This document shows positions 19,307-28,923 of a stretch of DNA of 64,000 bases, piece by piece. The notes under the pieces were generated by a model. It made no database searches. It saw only the letters and a list, made by a program, of their open reading frames with translations, and had not been told where the DNA came from. The stretch lies in sequence record NC_048053.1. One strand, given 5' to 3'. Both the position numbers and the translations under genes were made by a program. Position 1 is the first letter of the stretch, and every line of letters begins with the position of its first letter.

Positions 19307-19807
19307 CTACAGTTTCCCGCTATTGTTGAGAATGGTGCGCCAGATATAAGGCTTATTTACAATTTTACGATCCGTTGCCAAATCGTCGAGCACCATCGCT
19401 AAAGCCAAACGTTCTGCATCAGAGCCGCAGGCAACAAACGGATCTTTCAAATCATAGGAAAGCAGATCTGCATTCGTTTTGAGAGAAAGAGTTTCCTGAT
19501 AGTGAGCGATATGATCTGCGAGAGACAAATCAGGATCGCCCTCAACTTCGGAAGCGGATTTAATCGCTACCAAAATTCGCGAAGTGCTGGAGAGAATTGC
19601 CAGCAAATCTTCTTGTGTGAATGCCACCTTGCTATCAATCACACCCATATCCATGAGTTGAATAACAGCATCAGGAAGAACAATCGGAGGAAGATCTGCC
19701 GAAACAGATTCCTGAATGTTCCCGGCAATCCCACTATAACTTCTGTTAGAACGAGCCAACTCGCCTAACAGATTGCGCAGTGTAGATTGAAAGTCTTTAT
19801 GAGACAC
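19307..19807 (-). CDS. Hypothetical protein with internal ESVSA motif
   Basis: ORF in operon; QESVSAD at about residue 32-38. Confidence 0.7.
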   Translation of the reverse strand: MSHKDFQSTLRNLLGELARSNRSYSGIAGNIQESVSADLPPIVLPDAVIQLMDMGVIDSKVAFTQEDLLAILSSTSRILVAIKSASEVEGDPDLSLADHIAHYQETLSLKTNADLLSYDLKDPFVACGSDAERLALAMVLDDLATDRKIVNKPYIWRTILNNSGKL

Positions 19808-19819
19808 AGTGAAATTCTC

Positions 19820-20587
19820 CTAAATGAAGACTTGTTTAATGCTCCGATTTATCAGGCGTTCCATTTCAGACTTTTTATGTTTGCCTAAAAAGAAAATCTG
19901 ACGCTCCAAGCGAATTCTTACGGTGAATGAATTTCCTTTCGTTCGGCAACAATGAATGCCTAGCGATTGGTTCCATTCAGCCATGTATTTGCGTTTGCCA
20001 ATAACTGAAACTAAACTCGGATAAGTATCAGGAACATTTTGCAAAGCCGATTTAGCTAATAACTTTGTTAAATTATCAGTTTTGAATACAGACGGAGGCA
20101 TTTTTCCGGAAAACCACAACTGTTTGTTGAGATTTAGCACTTCTCCTACCTTCTGTTTTGCAGAAATAGGAATAAACGTCATGTAAACTTCGGACTGAAC
20201 AATAATGCAATTGGCAACTTGATTGTAATGCGATTGAATGCGAGTTCGTACATCAGCAACGCGCAGGTATTTCCGGAGAAGCATTCGATTGAAAAATTCG
20301 TTTACTTCTTTATAGCGCGTGCGAAGGAATTTTAAATAGCGATCTCGCGATGAAACAGCAACACCGGGAATACTTCTGATTTGAGGTTTTGCAATAGTCT
20401 TGTTAAGACCGCTTATAAAACCTTGCACCGCGAAAAGCATCCCATCCTTCCCGCTATTGAAAAGATCTTCCGCAGTTTGCGTTTCAACATAAGCAGACCA
20501 TGCTTCAAAATATTCTGGCGCAAGTGCATCAGGAAACGAATTAACGTGTAGCGTATCTCCCGCGCCATAATCACTAGGCTTAATCAT
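19820..20587 (-). CDS. Hypothetical protein (255 aa)
   Basis: Long ORF with TAATG overlap to the upstream gene. Confidence 0.75.
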   Translation of the reverse strand: MIKPSDYGAGDTLHVNSFPDALAPEYFEAWSAYVETQTAEDLFNSGKDGMLFAVQGFISGLNKTIAKPQIRSIPGVAVSSRDRYLKFLRTRYKEVNEFFNRMLLRKYLRVADVRTRIQSHYNQVANCIIVQSEVYMTFIPISAKQKVGEVLNLNKQLWFSGKMPPSVFKTDNLTKLLAKSALQNVPDTYPSLVSVIGKRKYMAEWNQSLGIHCCRTKGNSFTVRIRLERQIFFLGKHKKSEMERLINRSIKQVFI

Positions 20588-20946
20588 TAACGTCTCCCAT
20601 GAAGCAAACGAGAACCGCGACGGTTAGCACTTCCGATTGTATTGTTGTCACAACGTTCGCACAGCAATTTTAAATTGCGCGGATTTATACTACCGCCTTT
20701 TGCATGAGCAATCGTGTGAGCAAGAATTAATGTTGAAGTTTCTTTGCCGCAGTTCTGGCAGAATGATCCGCGTTCTTCAATCAAACGCAGTTTCAACGAA
20801 TACCAATCAGTACGTTCCGGACGGGCATTTGTTCCGGCACGCAGACGATCCAGATTTGAAACGCCTGCAATTCGTTGCGCTGTAGAGCGCTTTCCGAAGC
20901 CACCATTTTGGCGAGCAGCAATACCGCCGCGAGGTTTATATGTCAT
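20587..20946 (-). CDS. HNH-family endonuclease-like protein
   Basis: CQNC...AHTIAHAKGGSINPRNLKLLCERCDN. Confidence 0.8.
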   Translation of the reverse strand: MTYKPRGGIAARQNGGFGKRSTAQRIAGVSNLDRLRAGTNARPERTDWYSLKLRLIEERGSFCQNCGKETSTLILAHTIAHAKGGSINPRNLKLLCERCDNNTIGSANRRGSRLLHGRR

Positions 20947-20952
20947 AAAAGA

Positions 20953-21717
20953 TTACCCGAATACTTCAACAGTTTTATTCAGTGCCGCCTCGTAAGAGAT
21001 TTGGAAATCTTTAGCAGCACGCCGCAAAATTCCATCTATAGCTTCTTTACTGTTTTCGATCAGGGAAAGATCATCACAGTTAGATTTAATCCACGCATTA
21101 ATTTCCTGCGCCATTTTAACCATAGAGTTACCGCCCAACTGAGCAAAAGGAGTAACCACTTCACTGCTAATCACTTCGCCCAATTGACCAACATCACGCA
21201 GCGCACGGAGATCCGCAATCAGTTCTCGCATTTGATTGTAGACCTGCATAAGCGGATACAAATCACGGCCTTGACCGCTTTCAAGATAACGATCCTCTGC
21301 TTTGCGAACAATCAGCCTCAACTGATCGAACATTCGAATGTATTCGTCAATCTGTTCATTTTCCTGACGCACAATATCAGGAATAGCTTCGATAAGAACC
21401 TGCGCCTGATCTTCCATTTCCGCAGTATTGAGAAGCGCCGGAACTTTCTTCTTAGCTTTCTTTTCTTTTTTAGCTTTCTTCTCGTTAGCTTTTTTACCCG
21501 CAGCAGCCGCTTCGGAGTAAAGCACTTCTGGATCAAGCGCTACTTTTAAATCTTCGAGACGATCCTCTTTCTTACCAGTTTTCTTTTTCTTCTTTGTTTT
21601 TACTGCCGAAACAACCTTAGCTTTTTTCGCAGTGGATTTCGCTTTGATTTTTATTCCAGATTTTTTCTTCTTAGCGGTATGCTCCGCGCCGAAATCATCC
21701 AAAGAAATTGCAGGCAT
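20953..21717 (-). CDS. Hypothetical protein, Lys-rich N-terminus and helical C-terminus
   Basis: Poly-Lys tracts in residues 15-90. Confidence 0.75.
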   Translation of the reverse strand: MPAISLDDFGAEHTAKKKKSGIKIKAKSTAKKAKVVSAVKTKKKKKTGKKEDRLEDLKVALDPEVLYSEAAAAGKKANEKKAKKEKKAKKKVPALLNTAEMEDQAQVLIEAIPDIVRQENEQIDEYIRMFDQLRLIVRKAEDRYLESGQGRDLYPLMQVYNQMRELIADLRALRDVGQLGEVISSEVVTPFAQLGGNSMVKMAQEINAWIKSNCDDLSLIENSKEAIDGILRRAAKDFQISYEAALNKTVEVFG

Positions 21718-21731
21718 ATAAATTTACCCCT

Positions 21732-21766
21732 AAATGCAAAAAGGGGAACCATTTGGCTCCCCTATT
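21732..21766 (-). terminator. Rho-independent terminator
   Basis: GGGGAGCC-AAAT-GGTTCCCC-TTTTTGCATTT. Confidence 0.8.
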
Positions 21767-21776
21767 TCGAACAGGC

Positions 21777-22580
21777 TTAGAAGCCGTGATTGCGGATAAT
21801 GTTTTCCAGACGCTGCATATATTCAGGCGAGTAGCTGAATACTTGACGGTAATAGTTCACCAGTTTTTCAACGGTAGCATTACCAGCAGCAGAGACAGAA
21901 TCCATTTCCGGGAAGTGACGATCTTCGATGTTGTCGCCGTCAAACACAGCAACCATAGACATAGAAGAAATAACTTCTGCGTTACCTTCTTTGTCAACCA
22001 CCTGATAGCCGATCTCGTCGTTGTCCTGAATCTGAGCAACAACAAAACCAACGCGCAGATCACCGGATTCAGAAACATAGCTGACCATATCGCCGCCCTG
22101 AGTGCCTGCGATATCCAGATTGAATTTGTCCAGTGCTTTTGCAACATCCGGATTAACGCTACGCAGACCCGCAGCGCTCACGTTAGAAACTGAACGGATC
22201 ATATCCATCAGTTCTTCGGTGTCGTTCATATCGCTAGTGCGAACCAGAATATCCTGACCGCTTTCGCTATGACGAACAGCCCACATGCGTTTGGATTTAT
22301 CCATGTACATGTTTGCAGACAGCGCTTGCATTTCGCGAGCATCTTCCATAGGAAGAATATCTTTCGCACGCTGCATGATAGTGCGAACATAGCTCTGAGT
22401 GCGACCGCCGTGAATTACGACAGAAGATCCCGCAACCGGAATAAATTCACGCTGCGCAGATTCAGAAAGAACAGCACCGTAATTATCAGCAATGTTTTCG
22501 CCGTCTGCATGAACAACATGAGCGAGAACAACACACTGATTCTGATTGATCGAATCAATCTGTTTAATAGAAGTTTGCAT
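21777..22580 (-). CDS. Probable virion/prohead protein with repeated S-x-S-A motifs
   Basis: ATG 22580 (MQTSIKQ) with GGGAGAG RBS; LSESA, ALSAN, SNVSAA, DSVSAA; own TAATTTT motif and terminator. Confidence 0.55.
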   Translation of the reverse strand: MQTSIKQIDSINQNQCVVLAHVVHADGENIADNYGAVLSESAQREFIPVAGSSVVIHGGRTQSYVRTIMQRAKDILPMEDAREMQALSANMYMDKSKRMWAVRHSESGQDILVRTSDMNDTEELMDMIRSVSNVSAAGLRSVNPDVAKALDKFNLDIAGTQGGDMVSYVSESGDLRVGFVVAQIQDNDEIGYQVVDKEGNAEVISSMSMVAVFDGDNIEDRHFPEMDSVSAAGNATVEKLVNYYRQVFSYSPEYMQRLENIIRNHGF

Positions 22581-22611
22581 CTTTAAAACTCTCCCAATTG
22601 GATTCGTATTC

Positions 22612-22620
22612 AAAATTAGT
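22612..22620 (-). promoter_or_regulatory. TAATTTT motif, candidate late promoter
   Basis: ACTAATTTT, 31 nt upstream of ATG 22580. Confidence 0.45.
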
Positions 22621-22632
22621 ATTTGCGTTCGC

Positions 22633-23793
22633 TTAGTTGATACGATAGCGAGTGTTGACCCAAATACTACGGTTCCCAACAGTCGCCCATTTAGTTGTAG
22701 GACTGTTTGTAACACCGAGTTTACCGAGACTGCGAGCACCGTCAATAGCGCTACCGCCTTGAGATCCGTCGCCGTCATTAACACCTGCTTTCGAAAGCAA
22801 ACGTTTTAAGTTTGTAACTGGCCCTTGAATCTGAGTTTCGATTCTTCCCAAAGCAGCTTCAATGCTTGGAGTTCGATCCATATTCAAGTTAACAACTTGA
22901 CCAGTGAAATCGAAAGCCATCTGTCCTTCTGCCTGCAACTGAGCAGATAGCGCATAATAGCACGCGCACGTAACCCAACCATCTAAGATCGTGCCTTGCA
23001 TATTGGTTCCCCAAAAACCTGTAACGCGAGGGCCAATTTGATTGAACAAAGCAAGACCACGAAAAAGATAAGTTAGAATATCTGCCGTTGTGTATTCCAA
23101 TTCAGGAATAACATTCTTTGCGCGAGCTTTATCGATATGATCTTCGACAAGACTTGCAGCAATAAGAATTTGCGGAGTGACAGCCCACAACTTAAACGTA
23201 TACAAACGCTCACGCTTACGTTTATCGTTGTAGTGTTTCGCAATGAACGACATAGGTTCCAGACGATAACTTGCAGCCCACAAAGGAATTCGAAACGCAC
23301 AAGTTTTCGCACGGTTCGCCGTCATCTGAATTCCAGCAGTTTTGTGATTAACGTTATCAACAAGAATTTCGTTATTCACAGAAATCTGAAATTTCAACGT
23401 GTCTTTTTGCACGTTCAAATGAAAAGGCAACGTAACATCAAACATTGTGTCTTCGCCGACAAGACAAATAATATCTGTAGCGCGGTTTTCCTGAGCAGGT
23501 TCAACGATGAGTTCTGATTTAGAGCGTACCGGGCCTTCTTCGGAATCGTATCGCCAGTTGATGATAAGTTTTTTATCATCAACCAATCCGAGATCCGGAA
23601 TCGCCAAATCAGCAGTCCACCCACCGGGCGTTTCGGAAGTAGTAGCAACCACTTCTGCGAGAACGTATCCATCAGACGGATCAACGAGAGTTACAATTGG
23701 CCCCATGCCATCAGCAAGAGGATAAAGCGGTTCGTTGAAATCATCGAGAAAGATTTCATCGACAGAGACAACGTTACCTTCAACTACGCGCAT
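22633..23793 (-). CDS. Probable neck/head-tail adaptor protein
   Basis: C-terminal FDFTGQVVNLNMDRTPSIEAA resembles jumbo-phage neck proteins as I recall them. Confidence 0.45.
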   Translation of the reverse strand: MRVVEGNVVSVDEIFLDDFNEPLYPLADGMGPIVTLVDPSDGYVLAEVVATTSETPGGWTADLAIPDLGLVDDKKLIINWRYDSEEGPVRSKSELIVEPAQENRATDIICLVGEDTMFDVTLPFHLNVQKDTLKFQISVNNEILVDNVNHKTAGIQMTANRAKTCAFRIPLWAASYRLEPMSFIAKHYNDKRKRERLYTFKLWAVTPQILIAASLVEDHIDKARAKNVIPELEYTTADILTYLFRGLALFNQIGPRVTGFWGTNMQGTILDGWVTCACYYALSAQLQAEGQMAFDFTGQVVNLNMDRTPSIEAALGRIETQIQGPVTNLKRLLSKAGVNDGDGSQGGSAIDGARSLGKLGVTNSPTTKWATVGNRSIWVNTRYRIN

Positions 23794-23795
23794 TG

Positions 23796-24893
23796 TTATA
23801 CCTCTGTCAGATTAATATAAGCAATCAAGTTTTTTAATTGCTCGTTGTACGAACCTGTAACGAACGCCTTCGCCATCGCATTATGATTCGAAGAAAGATA
23901 TTGCACGATCTTCGATTGATACTCCGGAAGGTTTTGGAAGTTCTGCATCAGTTTATAAAAGAAACCGCGCGTAAAGTTAACACGGCCTACCTGATTAGAT
24001 TCCATTTCCGAAGCATCTTGCGCTTCACCGACAAGCGCGTACAGCGCGGCATACAGTTCAGCACTATCTTCCGGATATCCAGTTGCGAGAGTTGCGCTCA
24101 TTTTCATGAAGCCTCGCGAAAGGAATTCAACAACTTTCGTTTCCACATATTCAGTTGCAGTCTTGCCAAGATCCGGCATGTACAAACTATTACTCAAATA
24201 CATGAGATAGTAGAGAGGAAAGTTTTTATCCAGAAGATCTGGTGAAAGACAAACAGAGTGGCGTTTCCAAATCTCCAAACTGTATTGCCATTCGTTGTAA
24301 GGAATATTTCGCACAACATGTTGGACAGACTGATCGCGAATCATATCAGCCATCGTGCTAATATCGTGCGCAACGTATGCAGGAGCGAAAGCAGGAGAAG
24401 TAACAGTTTGCACATAGTTGCGTGTCACCATTCCAATTGTGTTATACAACACATTCAGAAATTCAATCCCGTTTCCGTTCAAAGCAAACGCATAAGAACG
24501 AGGAACACAAATAGTTAAATACTCATTTGCGTTTTTCTCGCCCCACAATCTCCAGTACCGAGCCATTCCAATTGACTGTACTGGCGCAGGCAAGATTCTG
24601 TTCTGCCGTGCTTTCAAGCAGAACGTAAACACCAGACCGCTATCAATCATAATGAGTGAAGGATCTGGAATGCCTGAATATCCCATAGACATTTCATTGT
24701 CTGGTGAATAGACGTTCACTAAGCAGAAGTTTTGTTGCAAACGAAAAGGCGCTTTCGCCTCAATCATTTCTTCGATAACTTTTTTCAGAATCGGAGCAAC
24801 AATATAAGGCGACGCGTTTTTCATTTGGTTCGGTCGATACTGACCGATATAAGCACCTTCTTTGAACGTCCGATCTACTTTTTGATAAAGCAT
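23796..24893 (-). CDS. Hypothetical protein (365 aa)
   Basis: Long ORF in operon. Confidence 0.8.
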   Translation of the reverse strand: MLYQKVDRTFKEGAYIGQYRPNQMKNASPYIVAPILKKVIEEMIEAKAPFRLQQNFCLVNVYSPDNEMSMGYSGIPDPSLIMIDSGLVFTFCLKARQNRILPAPVQSIGMARYWRLWGEKNANEYLTICVPRSYAFALNGNGIEFLNVLYNTIGMVTRNYVQTVTSPAFAPAYVAHDISTMADMIRDQSVQHVVRNIPYNEWQYSLEIWKRHSVCLSPDLLDKNFPLYYLMYLSNSLYMPDLGKTATEYVETKVVEFLSRGFMKMSATLATGYPEDSAELYAALYALVGEAQDASEMESNQVGRVNFTRGFFYKLMQNFQNLPEYQSKIVQYLSSNHNAMAKAFVTGSYNEQLKNLIAYINLTEV

Positions 24894-26167
24894 TATTTCA
24901 CGGACTGACGCAGGAGACGTTTCTGATCATTAGAAAGACCGAGAGCTTCTGCGAGTTGATCAATCTTCGCAAGAGTGAGCGTGCCTTTCTGAGCACCACC
25001 GCTTGCGGTCAACGCGATCTCCATAAACTCACGACCGCCACGACCTTTCACAAAGCGATGAATCAAACTGTTTTTACTGGACATTCCAGCACGCAGCGCG
25101 GTACTTGCTTGTGCCAAAATTTCTTCCGCAGCAATCTGACGTTCAGCTTTCGATAATCCCGGAACCAGACGCACATAAAGTTTGTCGTTTTGAACACGAA
25201 TGTTATCGAAGATTTCCATCGGCTTACCTTTCACCATTACAGTGCCGCCGCCTAACATTGTTGTGTTACGCAGAGTTGAGGTGCCTTTGTTAATCGGTTT
25301 ACGTTCGCTGAAATTCAGGAAGCCATCAATCGACAGAAGTGTGTTGATTGCTTTCTTCATTTGCGATGCGGTGTCAACAGAACGGCCTAATGGGAAACTG
25401 CCCGGAACCTTATCATCAACCAGAGTGGTGATGTAGTTAGCAGAAATACCAGAAGCAACTGCAACGCTGGTAGAAAGTACGACCGCGTAATTCTGATAAT
25501 GAATGCCGTCACTGTTAACAAAGTTATCTACAAACACATAGGTTTGAAAGATAATCGGATCAGACGCAGACGCAATAAAAGTACGAATGCGGATATTGCT
25601 GTATTGCTCTTTGCTCAAAATAGTTTTGAGATAGTTAGCAATACTGCCAGCGAGTTTGGTGTGTTCAGGCGGTGCATCTTTCTTAACGTCGATGCTCATC
25701 ACGCGAACGAGATTGGTGCGCAGGTCAGTAGCGTCTTTGACAACCGACAGTAAACTTTTCGCTGCATTGGTTTGATCTTTAAACGCTGAAAATGCTTTGC
25801 TGTTCAGAATAGTGTAAGCAATATTCAGTTCAGCAATTGCCTGAGAAAGCTGATTAACCTGACGATTGTATTTCGCTTTATCTTTAACGTTATTGAGATC
25901 GATTTTAGAAATATCGATAACGTTATTCAGGTCAAGAGTTTTGGTCTGCGCTTTTTTAACACCTGTTTTGATATCCGACAGTTCAATTGCTTTTGCAGAA
26001 AGCGAAAGCAGATTGCGAGGAACTTTAACGGATGAAACAGAATCAACAACATCTTCCAGAATCTTTTTAAACTCCGTTGCAGTACGCGCATTACGGAGTG
26101 CGTTCATATTCTTGGAGTTATAATCTACAGAAGCACTGAGTTGCGCCTCATTGGTAGAAGTTTTCAT
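24893..26167 (-). CDS. Hypothetical, probable virion protein (AQLSAS, LSLSAK)
   Basis: 424 aa; high-expression codon usage; L/S-x-S-A motifs near the N-terminus. Confidence 0.65.
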   Translation of the reverse strand: MKTSTNEAQLSASVDYNSKNMNALRNARTATEFKKILEDVVDSVSSVKVPRNLLSLSAKAIELSDIKTGVKKAQTKTLDLNNVIDISKIDLNNVKDKAKYNRQVNQLSQAIAELNIAYTILNSKAFSAFKDQTNAAKSLLSVVKDATDLRTNLVRVMSIDVKKDAPPEHTKLAGSIANYLKTILSKEQYSNIRIRTFIASASDPIIFQTYVFVDNFVNSDGIHYQNYAVVLSTSVAVASGISANYITTLVDDKVPGSFPLGRSVDTASQMKKAINTLLSIDGFLNFSERKPINKGTSTLRNTTMLGGGTVMVKGKPMEIFDNIRVQNDKLYVRLVPGLSKAERQIAAEEILAQASTALRAGMSSKNSLIHRFVKGRGGREFMEIALTASGGAQKGTLTLAKIDQLAEALGLSNDQKRLLRQSVK

Positions 26168-26226
26168 ATTTTTCCTCTACGAATGGAATACGGTATGTAC
26201 CCAATCAAATTACTGTCCAAATAGAC

Positions 26227-26236
26227 TTTACAGAAA
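26227..26236 (-). promoter_or_regulatory. CTGTAAA motif
   Basis: TTTCTGTAAAG 60 nt upstream of ATG 26167, after a terminator. Confidence 0.4.
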
Positions 26237-26254
26237 ATAAAAAATTCGCAGCAG

Positions 26255-26287
26255 AAATGAAAAAGGGCAGGCCGAAGCCTACCCTTT
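26255..26287 (-). terminator. Rho-independent terminator (variant of the GGGTGGC family)
   Basis: GGGTAGGC-TTCG-GCCTGCCC-TTTTTCATTT. Confidence 0.85.
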
Positions 26288-26307
26288 AGGAGAAGTCACG
26301 TTGAAGA

Positions 26308-26973
26308 TTAAACTTCTACGGTGCCTTTTTTCTTGGTTTTCGCCGCTTTCTTAGAACCGGTTTTCTGAGCAGCGGTGCCTTTCTTGTGCTTCGTTTTGGA
26401 AGTCACAATTTTACCATCTTTCAGATGCGGCAGCGGTTTCAGATTCGGTTTGACCAGTTTAACTTTGGTCGCTTTGGTTTTCGGCGTAACCAGTTTGTTA
26501 CCCTTGATCATCGGCTTACGTGCCAGACGCTGTTCCATACGTGCCTTCTGTTTTGCAGCGAGGTTAGTACGAGCAGCGGCCTGTTTAGCAGCGAGGTTGC
26601 CGCGTGCAACTTTCTGGCGAGCAACCAGCAGTTTGCGAACGGTAGCCTGAGATTTTTTCGCTTTTTTCAGACCAGCAGTATAAACCGACAGACGTTTTTT
26701 CAGACGACTTTCCAGAGAAGAAGTTTTATCTTTCTTCTTCTGATCGCGCAGGTGTTTAGCGCGTTTGTTGTCGAACTCTTTATCCGCTTTGTCTTTTTTA
26801 GGCTTGGCGGTAGTCTTCGGCTTGGTGTTGGTTTTCGGAGCAGAGGCTTTCTTGGTAGAAGTCTTCGGCTTCGTGGTTGCTTTGGTGGTGGCAGTTTTGG
26901 TGCCAGCTTTTTTCTTGCTACCGCCTTTCTTCGGATCTTCCGGAGAAGTCAGTTTACGGTTTACTTTAGCCAT
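26308..26973 (-). CDS. Histone H1-like Lys/Ala/Thr-rich DNA-binding protein
   Basis: Very Lys-rich, almost no aromatic residues; TKPKT and AAKQ repeats. Confidence 0.75.
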   Translation of the reverse strand: MAKVNRKLTSPEDPKKGGSKKKAGTKTATTKATTKPKTSTKKASAPKTNTKPKTTAKPKKDKADKEFDNKRAKHLRDQKKKDKTSSLESRLKKRLSVYTAGLKKAKKSQATVRKLLVARQKVARGNLAAKQAAARTNLAAKQKARMEQRLARKPMIKGNKLVTPKTKATKVKLVKPNLKPLPHLKDGKIVTSKTKHKKGTAAQKTGSKKAAKTKKKGTVEV

Positions 26974-27108
26974 TGTTATATCCTCATTTCAAGTAAAAAC
27001 ATTTTTCTCTATGCACAAAGAAATTATTATTTCAAATTCAAAATTGAAAAATAAATCTCGTACCAATAAATTAGTATTCGAATTAAGATTTCTCTTAGAA
27101 TTTTTTCT

Positions 27109-28239
27109 CTATGCAGTATATCCGATCTCCGACAGTATCGTATCGACTTCATTCATTGCTTCGATACGCAGAGATTTTTTTATCCCCGACGCTTTGAGAA
27201 ACTTCTTCAAACCATCTTTAGGATGTATGTCGGAAAGAACTTTTTCCGAAATATCTACTTCCATTATATTATTGAGATCTGCATTTTTATTTGCAGATAA
27301 TAAAAGAGAAATGTTAGGTACTCGAACACGGATATCAGAGGGAACTTGAACTCCGTCTGCTACAACAACACGATAACGAATCGCAGGATTCACTTCTAAC
27401 TTAGACCAATCTTTTTGATCTTCAATTGCAACAGTCTGTAAACGGAAGCCAGGCTTACTGTCAACGAACTTATGCTTAACAATAAGTTTCTTCCCTTTGT
27501 ATCCTGCTTTGATGTGGACGAATCCTTTCGGTAATGCTTCACCAAAAGTTTTCTGATAAGGAGATCCACAGTACAAGAATCGTTTTGATTCTAAGTCTTG
27601 ATATAAATGAATGTGACCACTGATTGTATAATCGCGTGGATCAACTTTGATATCTTTTTTAGTTTTGAGTGGATGACCATTATCACCCAATGCACCGATT
27701 GCCTCAACGTGGCAGAAATTCAAACAAGGTTTTTTATGTTTGATACTTTCTTCTGCCGGATGTGGAAGGAAGTTAACTACCACGCCGTCGAGGATCATTT
27801 GTTCAGGACGTAAAATGATCTTGAGAGTCTTCAAGAAATTCCATTCACAAAAACTCTTAATCAGATCCATACTGGTCTGAGTCTTATCGCCCCAATCATG
27901 GTTGCCACCACAATAGTACGTCCAGATAATTCCATCGTACTTCATGAAGAATTTCATGAGCAGATATTTTGTATCGTCACTCATGCGATACTTATCCGTA
28001 ATATCGCCCGGAACAATTACAATGCTGATTCCATTTTCAATCGCGTACTGATACACACGATCAAGAGTTTCAAGTTGACGCTCTACGCTATCCGTAGGAA
28101 AGTGTTTATCCAATCCTTCCAGATGCCAGTCAGAACATACAATCGCCTCCAATACTTTCTTATCAGAGTCAACAGGGTTATAAACAGATTCAGTGGAGTA
28201 AGCCGACTCGATAGAATCAGCAATGCGTTTCTTTTTCAT
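27109..28239 (-). CDS. sbcD: Mre11/SbcD/gp47-like nuclease
   Basis: Metallophosphoesterase motifs SDWHL, PGDITD, GGNHD, CHV, SGHIH. Confidence 0.9.
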   Translation of the reverse strand: MKKKRIADSIESAYSTESVYNPVDSDKKVLEAIVCSDWHLEGLDKHFPTDSVERQLETLDRVYQYAIENGISIVIVPGDITDKYRMSDDTKYLLMKFFMKYDGIIWTYYCGGNHDWGDKTQTSMDLIKSFCEWNFLKTLKIILRPEQMILDGVVVNFLPHPAEESIKHKKPCLNFCHVEAIGALGDNGHPLKTKKDIKVDPRDYTISGHIHLYQDLESKRFLYCGSPYQKTFGEALPKGFVHIKAGYKGKKLIVKHKFVDSKPGFRLQTVAIEDQKDWSKLEVNPAIRYRVVVADGVQVPSDIRVRVPNISLLLSANKNADLNNIMEVDISEKVLSDIHPKDGLKKFLKASGIKKSLRIEAMNEVDTILSEIGYTA

Positions 28240-28268
28240 AATGCGTCCGGAAGTTTCTTTTGTTTTTC

Positions 28269-28278
28269 TTTACAGATT
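28269..28278 (-). promoter_or_regulatory. AATCTGTAAA motif
   Basis: 30 nt upstream of ATG 28239. Confidence 0.6.
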
Positions 28279-28320
28279 TACGTGTTCGATTCTTTCGATA
28301 TGTGCAAATTAATTCAGAAA

Positions 28321-28350
28321 TGAAAATGGGCAGCACAAGGCCACCCATTT
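28321..28350 (-). terminator. Terminator, GGGTGGC/GCTGCCC family
   Basis: ATGGGTGGC-CTTGT-GCTGCCCAT-TTTCA. Confidence 0.8.
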
Positions 28351-28352
28351 AT

Positions 28353-28877
28353 TTATTTTCGCTTCTTCGCGAACCTTCCGGTTTCTTTGAATGAAAGCCA
28401 ATCTTGCCACAGATACACAACACTTTTGTTTCGGCTTAAAGCATAATCCACGCAGTTCTGAGTTCCGGACGGCGCACCGCAGGCCAAAGCAAAAAGAGTA
28501 TCAGATTCATCAACTATTTTCTGATTTCGAAAATTAAGTGCGAACGAGACATTATCGATTGTTTCCATCACGTCTTTCGAAATGCACACACGAACTTCGC
28601 TACTACGATTCAAGATGCCATCCAATTCGAAAACACTTTCAACAGGCCAGTTTTTATTGAAACCTAAAAACGGAACCATGCTGATAACCTTGTGTCCTTG
28701 TTCAATCGCAGCGGTCGCTATCGCCTGATCGAATCCAAGAGCGCATCCATGCACTATCGTAACGTCGTCATCTATCCTCAACAAAATCCGGTGCGCAAAA
28801 CGATACAGCTTTTTCTTAGCGCATGGAGAAAACCCTCCAAGTCTGTTTGGTCGGTGTCCAGTAAAACCGAGAATCAT
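28353..28877 (-). CDS. SLOG family protein (YspA/DUF1273-like)
   Basis: GFTGHRP, HGCALGFDQ, FRNQKIVDESD, SGTQNCVDYA. Confidence 0.85.
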   Translation of the reverse strand: MILGFTGHRPNRLGGFSPCAKKKLYRFAHRILLRIDDDVTIVHGCALGFDQAIATAAIEQGHKVISMVPFLGFNKNWPVESVFELDGILNRSSEVRVCISKDVMETIDNVSFALNFRNQKIVDESDTLFALACGAPSGTQNCVDYALSRNKSVVYLWQDWLSFKETGRFAKKRK

Positions 28878-28905
28878 TTTTTAATCCTCTAAATAAGCAC
28901 TAACC

Positions 28906-28916
28906 ATTTACAGATT
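28906..28916 (-). promoter_or_regulatory. AATCTGTAAAT motif
   Basis: About 29 nt upstream of ATG 28877. Confidence 0.6.
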
Positions 28917-28923
28917 TGGAAAA

